In this document: piece by piece, positions 48,279-57,643 of the stretch
How positions within the stretch are numbered: position 1 is the stretch's first letter
Layout of the letters: each line of letters opens with the position of its first letter
Source: a virus
Taxonomy: Duplodnaviria; Caudoviricetes
Direction: 5' to 3' (one strand)
Virus record (IMG/VR): IMGVR_UViG_3300033493_000001
Span: 1,756-65,755 of that record
DNA length: 64,000 nucleotides
The notes under the pieces: model-generated
The model's database searches: none
Told to the model about the DNA's origin: nothing
What the model saw: only the letters and a program-made list of their open reading frames with translations
Made by a program: the position numbers and the translations under genes

Positions 48279-48487
48279 GCTGGTTCCTCCTGCGTTCCTT
48301 GCTGGATTGTAGACCACCGCCAAGGCTGTCGTTATTCATCGTGTCTATGCCGCATAAGATATTTTTAGTGATGGCTTGTCCACCAATAAGCCGCCAGCCA
48401 CGCGCCTCCATTGCAAGCCCTTGCCTTCCCGGTCTATCCTGTTGAATCCCCTCACGACTGCATGCCAAGGCCGGATAGCGAAGAATG

Positions 48488-48685
48488 AGCATTGACGGGT
48501 CACGCCGACAACGGTTCCAAATGCCGCCCGGCCCCGCACGAACCGCTGTTTGCTACATAGCCCCATGGAGCGCGCTGATCATCACGTGGGCTGTTTGCTA
48601 CTACGTGTTTGATTGGGGGATATGGGCTATGGTGGGTGCGATGTTTGCGTCGGCCCGCGTTCACACCTGGACTATTGGTCTGTAA
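48488..48685 (+). CDS. Small membrane protein
   Basis: Hydrophobic 66 aa ORF. Confidence 0.5.
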   Translation, partial: SIDGSRRQRFQMPPGPARTAVCYIAPWSALIITWAVCYYVFDWGIWAMVGAMFASARVHTWTIGL

Positions 48686-48688
48686 CGA

Positions 48689-50668
48689 TCATTGTTCCGC
48701 TCTCGTCGCTTCTACGGCTCCGGCCTTTGATATCAGCTCCTCTATTTTTTGTGCCGTCCTCTGTGCGCCAGGCGAACCCGGACGGAATGTTGCTGCCGCC
48801 GTTAGAAGCGCCCTTCCTTTCTTCGATGTGAACAGCATCCGTAGCCCATATGTTGATGCGAGTGCTCCGACCCCGGCAGCCGTGTTCACTGCCGACAACG
48901 CGCCTACACCCATAGCCCCCAAGAGCGGAACCGCCTGAACGCCAGTCGCCGGACCCGGGCCCGCTTGCCCTGCGCGCTGAACGTGCCGCATCAGGTTGGC
49001 GAACCCCTTAATCTCGCCGTAGTCCGATCCCTTGAAAAACGCTCTTGCGGAGTCGTCCAGCTTATCGATCTGAGTGGCGAATTTTGCAGGGCTGAATACG
49101 CCGGTCGCCTCGTCGTAGGCTTTCTGATAAGCCTTGTCGATCATCCCATATCGAACAGCCTGCCTGCCGGTATTGTCCAGCGAGTTATAGAACTTCTTCG
49201 CTTTGTCGGAATACCCGTCCTTGACGAAATAATTGAAAATCCTGTCCGGCTCATCATTCTTGATGGCGTTCTGGATCTCCTTCTCCTTGAACGGTAGGAA
49301 TTTCATTTTGTAGTACTTGTCTGCATTCTTCCAGAGCTTTGCCAAATCGTCGCCGCTCGCCGTGGCAAACGACGCCATATCATTTTCGAGCGACCTCTTT
49401 ATTTCCTTCAGCGCCCCAAGTTCTCCGGATGAAGCAATTGGCTTCTTGTTCGTCTCAAGGGAACGGATCTCTTCTCCGAGTTCCGCCCGCAACCGCTGCA
49501 AATCTGAGAATTTCGCCTCCGGGCTCTCTGTGTATTTCTTGATCTGGCCCATCAGCGCCGTGTCGCGGTAGGCTTCCGGTCTTTTCATCTCGCGCTCGAT
49601 TATGTCGGCCGCTGTTTTTTGCATCCCATCCGTGGGCGTGACGCCGAGTTCATCCGCGATTTCCGAAATTTTGGTGTATTTTCCCGCCTTGATTGTCCTG
49701 ACGATTTCGGCCTTATTCTTCATGCCCGTTTGGATAATCCTTCCGATGTCATCGGATCCTTGCTGGGCATATTTGTTGCGTAGTTTTTCCGCCGCCTGTT
49801 GCGCTTTCTGCATCTGCTCGGTGCGGGTTCCGCGCATCCCAATAACGGGCACGTCTTCGAGATACTGCGCCGTTTTCTGGACGCCCGGTCCCATCACGTC
49901 GGGGGCCAAAACAGGAACGTCAAACTTCTCTCCCTGTTGGATGGTTTCTTCGACTTTCGGTGAAGCGAATCGTCCCTTTGCTGCATTGACAATTTTCGCC
50001 ACCGGATAAGCGGCGCCTGCGATTGCGGCCGGCGCTGCTGCACCAATGAGCGCGCCCTTACCCGTTGCAGTAAGCCTGCTTTCCCCTTCTGGGACGAATG
50101 AACCCGCACCAATGGCCGCGCCAGTGCCCCCGCCTACCGCCATCCTTAGAGGCAGCGTCGCTCCGGCTGCTGCGCCAGGGATCGCCAGAGTGGGGGCGAT
50201 AGTCCCCGCGATGCGCCCGCCGCGAAATGCTTGCGCTTGCGCCTCTGGCGTTTGCTCGAAAGCTGCACGTTCTGCCTGCACCTGCTTCGTGTAACCCTCG
50301 ACATCGCCGCCTGTGGCCTGCAAATAGGCTTGCTTCAGTCCCTGCCCGAGATCCATGACGCCAGCACCAAACCCGGCCAACTGCTGACCTTCATCGGCCG
50401 CCGTTTGCTGCGCCTGGAGATTGCCCTGGATCTGAGATTGCATGCGCTGCTGCCATTGTTCCGGGCTCTCGGTGCCGGCGGGTTCCGGGGGTGCGGCGGA
50501 TGGCGCCTCCTGTGGCTCGGCGGCTGTTAGATGCTCAATAATCTCCTGATCGGAATACCCCGCATTTCTCGCTCCTCCGGCATCGAAATTCGATTCGGAT
50601 GACAGATAGTCGGTTATCTCCGCGTCCGTGTATCCGGCTTTTCTCGCGCCTTCAATGTCGAATGCCAT
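48689..50668 (-). CDS. Internal virion/DNA ejection protein
   Basis: FDIEGARKAGYTDAEI.DYL N-terminus; Ala/Gly/Gln-rich; last gene of the tail module. Confidence 0.75.
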   Translation of the reverse strand: MAFDIEGARKAGYTDAEITDYLSSESNFDAGGARNAGYSDQEIIEHLTAAEPQEAPSAAPPEPAGTESPEQWQQRMQSQIQGNLQAQQTAADEGQQLAGFGAGVMDLGQGLKQAYLQATGGDVEGYTKQVQAERAAFEQTPEAQAQAFRGGRIAGTIAPTLAIPGAAAGATLPLRMAVGGGTGAAIGAGSFVPEGESRLTATGKGALIGAAAPAAIAGAAYPVAKIVNAAKGRFASPKVEETIQQGEKFDVPVLAPDVMGPGVQKTAQYLEDVPVIGMRGTRTEQMQKAQQAAEKLRNKYAQQGSDDIGRIIQTGMKNKAEIVRTIKAGKYTKISEIADELGVTPTDGMQKTAADIIEREMKRPEAYRDTALMGQIKKYTESPEAKFSDLQRLRAELGEEIRSLETNKKPIASSGELGALKEIKRSLENDMASFATASGDDLAKLWKNADKYYKMKFLPFKEKEIQNAIKNDEPDRIFNYFVKDGYSDKAKKFYNSLDNTGRQAVRYGMIDKAYQKAYDEATGVFSPAKFATQIDKLDDSARAFFKGSDYGEIKGFANLMRHVQRAGQAGPGPATGVQAVPLLGAMGVGALSAVNTAAGVGALASTYGLRMLFTSKKGRALLTAAATFRPGSPGAQRTAQKIEELISKAGAVEATRAEQ

Positions 50669-50671
50669 GGC

Positions 50672-53359
50672 TTATTTCCTAAATGCCGAAAGGGATGGGC
50701 GCTCTGTGGCCACTGTCGGCCTCTGTTGCGTCCGCGTCTTCTGTACCCCAGCCGCTCTACGCTGGCGCTCGATGCCCTTGGCCACGATGTCACGGAACTC
50801 ATTCGCTGATTTCACGAATTCTTCTTCGGATTGCCGCCGGTTCATGCGGGCGATAGCTGCTTCGGCTTTTTTGCCCTCGATTTCCGTGATTGTGCCGCCG
50901 CCCTTCAGGCTCTGGAATGCTTGCAAGAATTGACTGCCGCCAATCTGATCTAGAAGAGTCACGAAATCGGCCTGCGACGTTCCAGGCACAACAGGGATCA
51001 GCGAGCTTGCTCCAACGGCGGCACCAAGGCCGGGATGAGTAACAAGCCTGTCAAGGTTGCGCATAAGCTCATCTGCACTAGCCTCCGCTTGCGGGAGGTT
51101 CTGCGCGGCCTTAACTTTTGCTTCCGCCGATTCTCTTCCGGAAGTCTTAGCTGTCTCAACCGCCCCTTGGTAGTCGGGAGTCTGTGTCGGTCCTGGCTTG
51201 ATGTCATAGCTCGTTACGGGCTTGCCGGTTATCGGGTCGAACCCAACGCGCCGGTTGCCGAGATCTCCCCAGTTGAGCCGCGGCGCGGGGCTTATCCCCT
51301 CGGGAAAATCAATTTCGCGCAATTCACCCGATTCGCTCAGTTGGTATCCGGCAACGTTGCCCGACTTGTCCTTTGCGTACACAGGATTAAGGCCGTATTT
51401 GATTCCGCTCCTGTCCAATCCATAGAATTTCTTTGCTTCGACGCCCAACTTAGGATCGGTGGCGAACATCTGATTAAGAATTTTCGGTCTCTGCGGCTCG
51501 CCTGCTTCTCCGTATTCCGTGACGAGATTGGAGAACTGCTCTTGTCGCTTCTTTTCGTCGGTGCGCTGCTGCTGCTGAAATGCATCCTCCTCCGCCTGCC
51601 GCGCCGACTGCTGGCCGGCCTGCACGCCCTGGAGCCACCCGCCGCGGCTGTAGGCATTGGCGAGGCCATGACCGAGCATGGACAGGCCCAGGCCTAGCCC
51701 GGATTGACCGCCGTCTGCATAGCCGCCATCCATCGCCTCGCGGAGCATTTCCTCGCGCTTGCGCTTTGCCTCTTCGATTGTGCGTGCAGCGCTCTCCGCA
51801 AGTCCGGTGCCCAGGGACGGACGTTCCTTTTCTTCCGTCTCGTCATTGACGGTCACGACACCGCTGAGGCCGCGAACCTGTCGCCCATCGGCGTACCCGT
51901 TCACCTCACGAAGCATTGCTTCTCGCCGGCGACGGGCCTCCTCGATAGTCCGTGCGGCATTCTCCGCGAGGCCAGTCCCGAGACTCGGACGGTCCACTTT
52001 GCTATCGTCATCCTCGTCGTCGAGCTTTTGGCGAACTCTCAGACCGCGGACTTCGTTACCGTCAGCGTAATGGCCGCTCAGGCCGTAGCCGCGATACGGG
52101 GACGGACGCCCGACGCTGAGGCCGCGTCCGCGCACTTGCGCCCCATCGGCATACCCGCTCAGGCCGCGCACTGCAGGTAATTCGACATCGCCAGAATTGC
52201 CCGTCGGATTACCTGCCCGGCCGCGCGGATCTATGCTAAGCCCGCGCGCCTGCTGTACGTCGGCCGGCGTGTGCGTCTGGTCGATCTGCTCCTCCAGCAA
52301 TTTGACGCCGAGCATGTGTGCCGCGCGCTCGGGATTGCGTTGCATAAACTGCAAGCCCATGGCGGCGACGGTATCGGTGGGCATCACCACTTCGCCATCA
52401 GCAAGGCGTGCCTCCTCGCCATATTCGTCGGTCACTGGGATGTCGTCGGAGACAGGCGTGCCAGGGCCGCGCATCTCGCCGCGGATCTGGCTCATCCCCG
52501 AGCCGCCCATGGGAAGCCCCATGCGGCCGCGATTTGCGCTCAGGCTACCGGGAGGCGGCTCCATACGCTCTGCGTTGCCCATGAATCGCTCAGGGGCTGC
52601 AACGCCACCGTTCGCATAGGCGCCACTGAGGCCATAGCCGCGCGTCTGCTTGCCGTCGGCATAATGGCCGCTGAGGCCGTAACCGCGGCTGTTGATTTCG
52701 CCGCCATTGGCGCTCGTTTTCACCGGAGGGCGCGCCAAGAAACCGCCATAGGCCGCCCCTGCGCCTTGAATCAGTCCGCCGATGGCCGCCTGATTGCCGG
52801 CCGAGAGCTGGCTTGCCAGGTTGCCATATTGACCGGCAGCCGAGCTGAGTCCGCTCATGCCCTGCCCCACCAGGCCGTAGTTAGGCGCATTCAGACTCGC
52901 GCCAAGACCGAGCGCCTGCGATTTCCTGGCAAATGCCGTATCACGGAGCCCGCCGCGCGCCGCATTGCGAGCCGCCGCATCTGCTGCCGCCTGCTCTCCG
53001 GCTAGGCCGGTCATGGCCGAACGAAACCGGCCCGATGTCGGATCGACGCCGTAGCGCATCAGGCCGCGCGCTGTGGTGTCTCGAGCTCGACCGAATGCGC
53101 CGGCCACGTCGCTCGACGCCTGACCCAGCGCGCGGGAATAGTCGGCTTCCGTGGGCGCGGCCTCGTCATAGAGGCCCATGCCGCGTTCCATCAACCCTTT
53201 CTGGTACGGGGCGGCATTCGTGCGCCACCAATCAACCAGCTCGCGAGATAGACCCATCTGCTCTTGCAGCGCCTTGTTGGATTGGCGCTGCGCCGTCGCT
53301 GCGCCGCCAAAATCGGTTAAACCGATCGCGTCGGTCACTCCGCTTAGTCCGAAGCCCAT
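50672..53359 (-). CDS. Internal virion/DNA ejection (pilot) protein with repeated YADG motifs
   Basis: Gly/Ala/Gln-rich; GPGTPVSDDIP..LADGEVVMP motif; C-terminal GGGTITEIEGKKA. Confidence 0.75.
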   Translation of the reverse strand: MGFGLSGVTDAIGLTDFGGAATAQRQSNKALQEQMGLSRELVDWWRTNAAPYQKGLMERGMGLYDEAAPTEADYSRALGQASSDVAGAFGRARDTTARGLMRYGVDPTSGRFRSAMTGLAGEQAAADAAARNAARGGLRDTAFARKSQALGLGASLNAPNYGLVGQGMSGLSSAAGQYGNLASQLSAGNQAAIGGLIQGAGAAYGGFLARPPVKTSANGGEINSRGYGLSGHYADGKQTRGYGLSGAYANGGVAAPERFMGNAERMEPPPGSLSANRGRMGLPMGGSGMSQIRGEMRGPGTPVSDDIPVTDEYGEEARLADGEVVMPTDTVAAMGLQFMQRNPERAAHMLGVKLLEEQIDQTHTPADVQQARGLSIDPRGRAGNPTGNSGDVELPAVRGLSGYADGAQVRGRGLSVGRPSPYRGYGLSGHYADGNEVRGLRVRQKLDDEDDDSKVDRPSLGTGLAENAARTIEEARRRREAMLREVNGYADGRQVRGLSGVVTVNDETEEKERPSLGTGLAESAARTIEEAKRKREEMLREAMDGGYADGGQSGLGLGLSMLGHGLANAYSRGGWLQGVQAGQQSARQAEEDAFQQQQRTDEKKRQEQFSNLVTEYGEAGEPQRPKILNQMFATDPKLGVEAKKFYGLDRSGIKYGLNPVYAKDKSGNVAGYQLSESGELREIDFPEGISPAPRLNWGDLGNRRVGFDPITGKPVTSYDIKPGPTQTPDYQGAVETAKTSGRESAEAKVKAAQNLPQAEASADELMRNLDRLVTHPGLGAAVGASSLIPVVPGTSQADFVTLLDQIGGSQFLQAFQSLKGGGTITEIEGKKAEAAIARMNRRQSEEEFVKSANEFRDIVAKGIERQRRAAGVQKTRTQQRPTVATERPSLSAFRK

Positions 53360-53446
53360 ATGTATTTCCTCAGGTGTGTTTTTGTACAGTTGTGCGGGCG
53401 TAAAAAAACCCGCTCGGAGCGGGCTTGGTTTGGCCTGGTGGTGTGG

Positions 53447-53959
53447 TTATGCGAGCATCAGCGGGATCTGAATCAGGCTATCCAGTCGGGCGTGCTCTTC
53501 GCGGAATTTCGGGATCTCTTTCTTTCGCGACAGCATCAAGCGCGATCCATAGGTCCCTTTGGCTTTCGATTCAGTTTCCTTGGCAATGAGGGCCTGCTTC
53601 TGCTGCCAGAGGCCCATACTGGCATTGCGGAGCTGTTCCGCCATCCAGTTGAAGGCATTGATAAATGCCTCTTGTATTTCCGCCGCCTTCTGCCCCGTGA
53701 ACCTCATAACAAGGAACATGAACCCGTCTTTCGTCATGGTGTAGAACGGTTCGGGCTTCTTAGACAACTTATTGATTTCCAAGCACTCGCCAAAATTGGC
53801 GAGCCTGAATTTCTCGGAACAACCTAAGTTTCGAATTGCTCTCAATACCTTGGCGTGCTGTTTCCCGAAATGCTTCGCCACCCTCCGCGAGTCCGTCACC
53901 AGCTTGTCGCCGGACATCATCACGAAATCGTGGAAGTTAATCATTGCTACGTCGTTCAT
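53447..53959 (-). CDS. rha: Rha-family regulator
   Basis: TDSRRVAKHFGKQH.KVLRAI..F.E..MTKDGF.FLVM.FTG.KA..AFN.M. Confidence 0.92.
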   Translation of the reverse strand: MNDVAMINFHDFVMMSGDKLVTDSRRVAKHFGKQHAKVLRAIRNLGCSEKFRLANFGECLEINKLSKKPEPFYTMTKDGFMFLVMRFTGQKAAEIQEAFINAFNWMAEQLRNASMGLWQQKQALIAKETESKAKGTYGSRLMLSRKKEIPKFREEHARLDSLIQIPLMLA

Positions 53960-54108
53960 ACGCTTTCCTTTATCTCCAGTGTGTTAGGTGCGCAGCCGTG
54001 CAGCCCTAGGAGAGATCAGGCCGCTTTCGGTAGCGATCCTAGGCCGCGCAAAACAAAGCCCGCCATGTGCGGGCGTTAAAAGTGCAACGTTGCACCTTTG
54101 TCGGATCT

Positions 54109-55803
54109 TCACTCGTTCGCCAGTTCGCGCAATGTCTCGGCCATGGCGGAATAGCGGACGGCCCCGGCGGTGACAGTGAATTCCTCTTCCCAGTCCAACG
54201 CCCGATAGCCTCCGGGCAGCCGGAACGGGTTGGCGTTCGTCACCGTTTGCGTGTGTTTGAGAACGCCGTCACCGTACAATTTCCAGGTCAGCGGGTAGGC
54301 GTCGGCGATTACCTGAGCCGCGCCGAAATTGATCGCGCGCGGGGTGCGCCTGATGGGGCTTTTCCAAGTGGCGGTCAGATAGGCCGCGTCTTCGCTCGCA
54401 AACTCCTTCACGACGCCATCGTCCAAGAGCGCCAAAAGACCTGCCTGCACTGTCGTCACGCCGCCATTGATGACGGCTTCGAAAATCGCTTGCCCGCCGT
54501 CGGCCGAGAAATCGAGCAATCGAAGGCCCGGGTATTTCGGATCGTAAATGAAGCCGCCCGCGGTCCCGGTGTACTCGTCGAACAGCGATTCCATGCTGTC
54601 CTCGACAGTCATCTGCGTGTAGCTGGTGACCCGGAAATAGAACGCGACATAGGATCCGCGCCAGTTGTAACCGCGCACAGATGCCGGGTAGATGAGATCG
54701 CGCCAGAGTTCCGGCGTGTACCATGCCTCCGTGACGTTCCGCGTCTCCCCCGAGGGTGAGACCATCATCAGGCCATCGGTGCCCGCGTAGATTCCGTACA
54801 AGCCCATGTCCACGGCCGAGAGTTTCGATGGGCAGGCTTGATAGGTCTCCAGCCGGCGCAGTTCCATGGATGCCGGATCTGAGCCCAGCAGGAGGTATTG
54901 CGGACCCGTGGTGAGCACCATCACCACGTCACCGGCCAGAATGAGCGCGGTGATGGGGTGCTGTGTCGAGGGCTGATACTCGGGCGGCCAGGCGTGCGGC
55001 TGGTACGACTCGGAAATAAGAATCTTGTTGCCGTCGTAGGCCACACAAGTTCCATCCGCTTTGACGACAATACCCATTGCTGTTGCTGGGGGCGCATCCC
55101 ATCCGGTGGAAGGGAGGATATCGGCCTCGAAGTTCGTGGCCGAAAACGTCCAGTCGTAGGTCGTCGTCGCGACGGGCAGTTCAACGATGAGGTAATACGT
55201 CCCCGCAATGGCCCCATAGATCCGGCGGTGGGTGATGTTGTAATCGCCCGCGGGAACGGCGGCGAAACTGTTGATCGTCAGCGTCTGGCCGTCGCACAGG
55301 TCTACTGTTCCGGCTTCGGATGGCGGCCCTTCCTCTGTTACCGCGGACCACGTGCGAACAAACGTGTTCAGAACGGCGACCGATGTTTGGTCGGCTACTG
55401 CGCACCCTCCACCAGCGCCAGCGGTCAGCGTCGGTGCCGTGGCTGGAGTAGGAAGGCCGAGCAGGTATCCGGTAGGCGCAAGGCCAGTGACCGCAGAATT
55501 TTCGTCCCACTCCTCCGGGCCGTTGACAGTCGCACCAAAGGCCAGCGTGCGACCGGAATCATTCGCTATCGGGCTTCGGGCGATGTCTACCTGCTGCGCC
55601 CATGCCCGCCACTCTCCGTCGAAATGGTATAGCGTCCTGAGCGTGGTATCGCCGAGATCGATGATCGTGGACATGCCACGAAGCGGACGCAAATCGCCGT
55701 GCGAGAAATCGCAATTCGTCGCGGTCTGCGCCATGCCTTCGGGCAATTTTGCGGCATTTATCCCCGGGGCAATGCCGCCGAATGTGTCGGTTCTGATGCG
55801 CAT
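54109..55803 (-). CDS. Tail hub/tubular protein B-like stabilisation protein
   Basis: FGGIAP..A.NC..G.LRP; SE.YQPHAWP; position in a podovirus-type tail module. Confidence 0.75.
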   Translation of the reverse strand: MRIRTDTFGGIAPGINAAKLPEGMAQTATNCDFSHGDLRPLRGMSTIIDLGDTTLRTLYHFDGEWRAWAQQVDIARSPIANDSGRTLAFGATVNGPEEWDENSAVTGLAPTGYLLGLPTPATAPTLTAGAGGGCAVADQTSVAVLNTFVRTWSAVTEEGPPSEAGTVDLCDGQTLTINSFAAVPAGDYNITHRRIYGAIAGTYYLIVELPVATTTYDWTFSATNFEADILPSTGWDAPPATAMGIVVKADGTCVAYDGNKILISESYQPHAWPPEYQPSTQHPITALILAGDVVMVLTTGPQYLLLGSDPASMELRRLETYQACPSKLSAVDMGLYGIYAGTDGLMMVSPSGETRNVTEAWYTPELWRDLIYPASVRGYNWRGSYVAFYFRVTSYTQMTVEDSMESLFDEYTGTAGGFIYDPKYPGLRLLDFSADGGQAIFEAVINGGVTTVQAGLLALLDDGVVKEFASEDAAYLTATWKSPIRRTPRAINFGAAQVIADAYPLTWKLYGDGVLKHTQTVTNANPFRLPGGYRALDWEEEFTVTAGAVRYSAMAETLRELANE

Positions 55804-55805
55804 GG

Positions 55806-56672
55806 TTAGATGATTGTGATGATGGCGTACCCAGGGGCGCCGTTACCGCCCGTCTGCGTGCCAGAAAAGTCGCCGCCGCCGCCGCTGGAGGAATAACCAA
55901 CGGCGTTGCCAGCAAGCCCGCCCTTGGTCCCCCAGAAAAGAGAATCATCGCCATCGCTCTCTTCCGATGAACTTGGCGTTCCAAAAATGCTTATGCCACC
56001 GGTCCCAGCTGTCGCCGTCTTCGTCCCGAATGTGCCGGCAATCGACGTGTTTCCGCCCGCCGTTCCGTTGGTGTTTACGGCGCCACCACTACCCGCTGCG
56101 CCGATTGTGATGGTCAGCGTCTCGCCCGGCGTGACTGTGACGACATACTTCAGCTGTTGCCCGGCATGACCTTCGAATCCGTCTTCTGATGCGCCCGTAT
56201 CTGCGCCGCCACCACCGCCACCACCCGCTCCCAGCTCAAGCAGGAGCGATGTCACGCCCGTAGGGACAGCATAAGTTCCGCTTGCGCTGACGAAGGTTTG
56301 GTTTCCTGGTCCGACCGCAAGGGCGGCGGCCAATCCGGAAGGGTGGACAGCAAGCGCGGAACTTGAACCAGTGATCGTTTCTGCCGACGTTGCCAATTCC
56401 ACTATCCCGCTCACGGTCTCCGATGCGGCAGGTGTGGCGGCTGTAATCTGCGCCGCGATGGCCGTTTGCACCTGGTCGAGTGTCGTGAATGCCGGAGTAC
56501 CGCCACCTGCCACGATGACGGCGCGCAGTTCTTCGATGAGCATGTACAGGTAGTACGGGTGCATCGCCGATGCCGTTACTCCTCCAGGAACGGATATTCT
56601 CGGGTATCCAGTCGTACCAGTTGTTGCGGCAGGAGGAGTTGCGGAAAGGTCAGTGTTCTGTAGGCGGTCCAT
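55806..56672 (-). CDS. Tail fibre protein with Gly-rich C-terminus
   Basis: EELRAVIVAGG.TP; ASETVSGIVELAT; GAGGGGGG. Confidence 0.8.
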   Translation of the reverse strand: MDRLQNTDLSATPPAATTGTTGYPRISVPGGVTASAMHPYYLYMLIEELRAVIVAGGGTPAFTTLDQVQTAIAAQITAATPAASETVSGIVELATSAETITGSSSALAVHPSGLAAALAVGPGNQTFVSASGTYAVPTGVTSLLLELGAGGGGGGGADTGASEDGFEGHAGQQLKYVVTVTPGETLTITIGAAGSGGAVNTNGTAGGNTSIAGTFGTKTATAGTGGISIFGTPSSSEESDGDDSLFWGTKGGLAGNAVGYSSSGGGGDFSGTQTGGNGAPGYAIITII

Positions 56673-56735
56673 TCGATGCTCCTAAAACGAAAAAACCGCC
56701 TTTCGGCGGTTACGTTTTACCTGTGGTTTATGTGG

Positions 56736-57158
56736 TTATTTCAGTAGCGGGCTAAGCAGCAAATCTCTTGGGGTGACGCGACTCACGTCAGTTCGACGCA
56801 ACATTCGAACGCCGCATTGTTCCGCAGCCCAGGCCTGAAGCTCGGAGCAGAACCATGAATCGCTCTTTTGCCAGTCTCGATGAAACGCTACTCCGAGAAC
56901 GCCGCGCCAGTCATACGGCTTTCCAATCTGCGTTATGAGCGCCTTGTAGTACTGTTCGAAAGGAATGTCGGCCACCAGTCGAGTGACGCGGGTATAGTCG
57001 CGACGCGGGCGGCGAACTGATACGCCTGCGCCCCATACGGCGCCGAGCAGTCGTCCATCTGGCATCACCAAATCGACGTGGCTGTAGGGGCTCCACGTAG
57101 ACCAGCAAATCAGACGTGAAAGCGGGTGATTCGTTGTCGAGAACTGGAGAGTGATCAT
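56736..57158 (-). CDS. YiiX/YebB-like permuted NlpC/P60 cysteine hydrolase
   Basis: YSHVD..GKPYDW..WFCSEL. Confidence 0.8.
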   Translation of the reverse strand: MITLQFSTTNHPLSRLICWSTWSPYSHVDLVMPDGRLLGAVWGAGVSVRRPRRDYTRVTRLVADIPFEQYYKALITQIGKPYDWRGVLGVAFHRDWQKSDSWFCSELQAWAAEQCGVRMLRRTDVSRVTPRDLLLSPLLK

Positions 57159-57643
57159 TGAGGAATCACTCCTCTCAAATTCGCAATGGCCAGCGCCTTT
57201 TCCGTATCCACTCCGGCAGCATCAATGGCAACCTCTATCGCCTTCTTCCCGATTAGACGATGTCCGCGGATGATGTCCATAATTCCATACCAGACGGCCG
57301 CGGTAGCGATGATGTCATCTGCCGCCTGTTGAGCCGTCCATCCGTTCACCGTCGCCCAATCCTGCACGCATACGGGAACGGTCCCCGTATATCCGGCAGC
57401 AACGTATGAACTTGCTCCGCTCTCGGCGTGTTTATACTCCTGCTCGACTAGGAATCCCGGCGACGGGAACCTTGACCGTGCGATGCCGGCCTCTATGTCT
57501 ACCTCCTTCCTTGCGGTCGCCTTGTATTCGGCCAGAGTTGGCAGCAAATCCGCATGGCCATCCGGCAAATACTCCTGCCCGGCGTATTGCTGCGTTGCCC
57601 ATATGCCGGTGACTACGAGACCTGTTCGTTCGACGTACGGCAT
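57155..57643 (-). CDS. Tail fibre assembly/chaperone-like protein
   Basis: Follows a fibre gene; ATVNGWTAQQAADDII. Confidence 0.6.
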   Translation of the reverse strand: MPYVERTGLVVTGIWATQQYAGQEYLPDGHADLLPTLAEYKATARKEVDIEAGIARSRFPSPGFLVEQEYKHAESGASSYVAAGYTGTVPVCVQDWATVNGWTAQQAADDIIATAAVWYGIMDIIRGHRLIGKKAIEVAIDAAGVDTEKALAIANLRGVIPQ

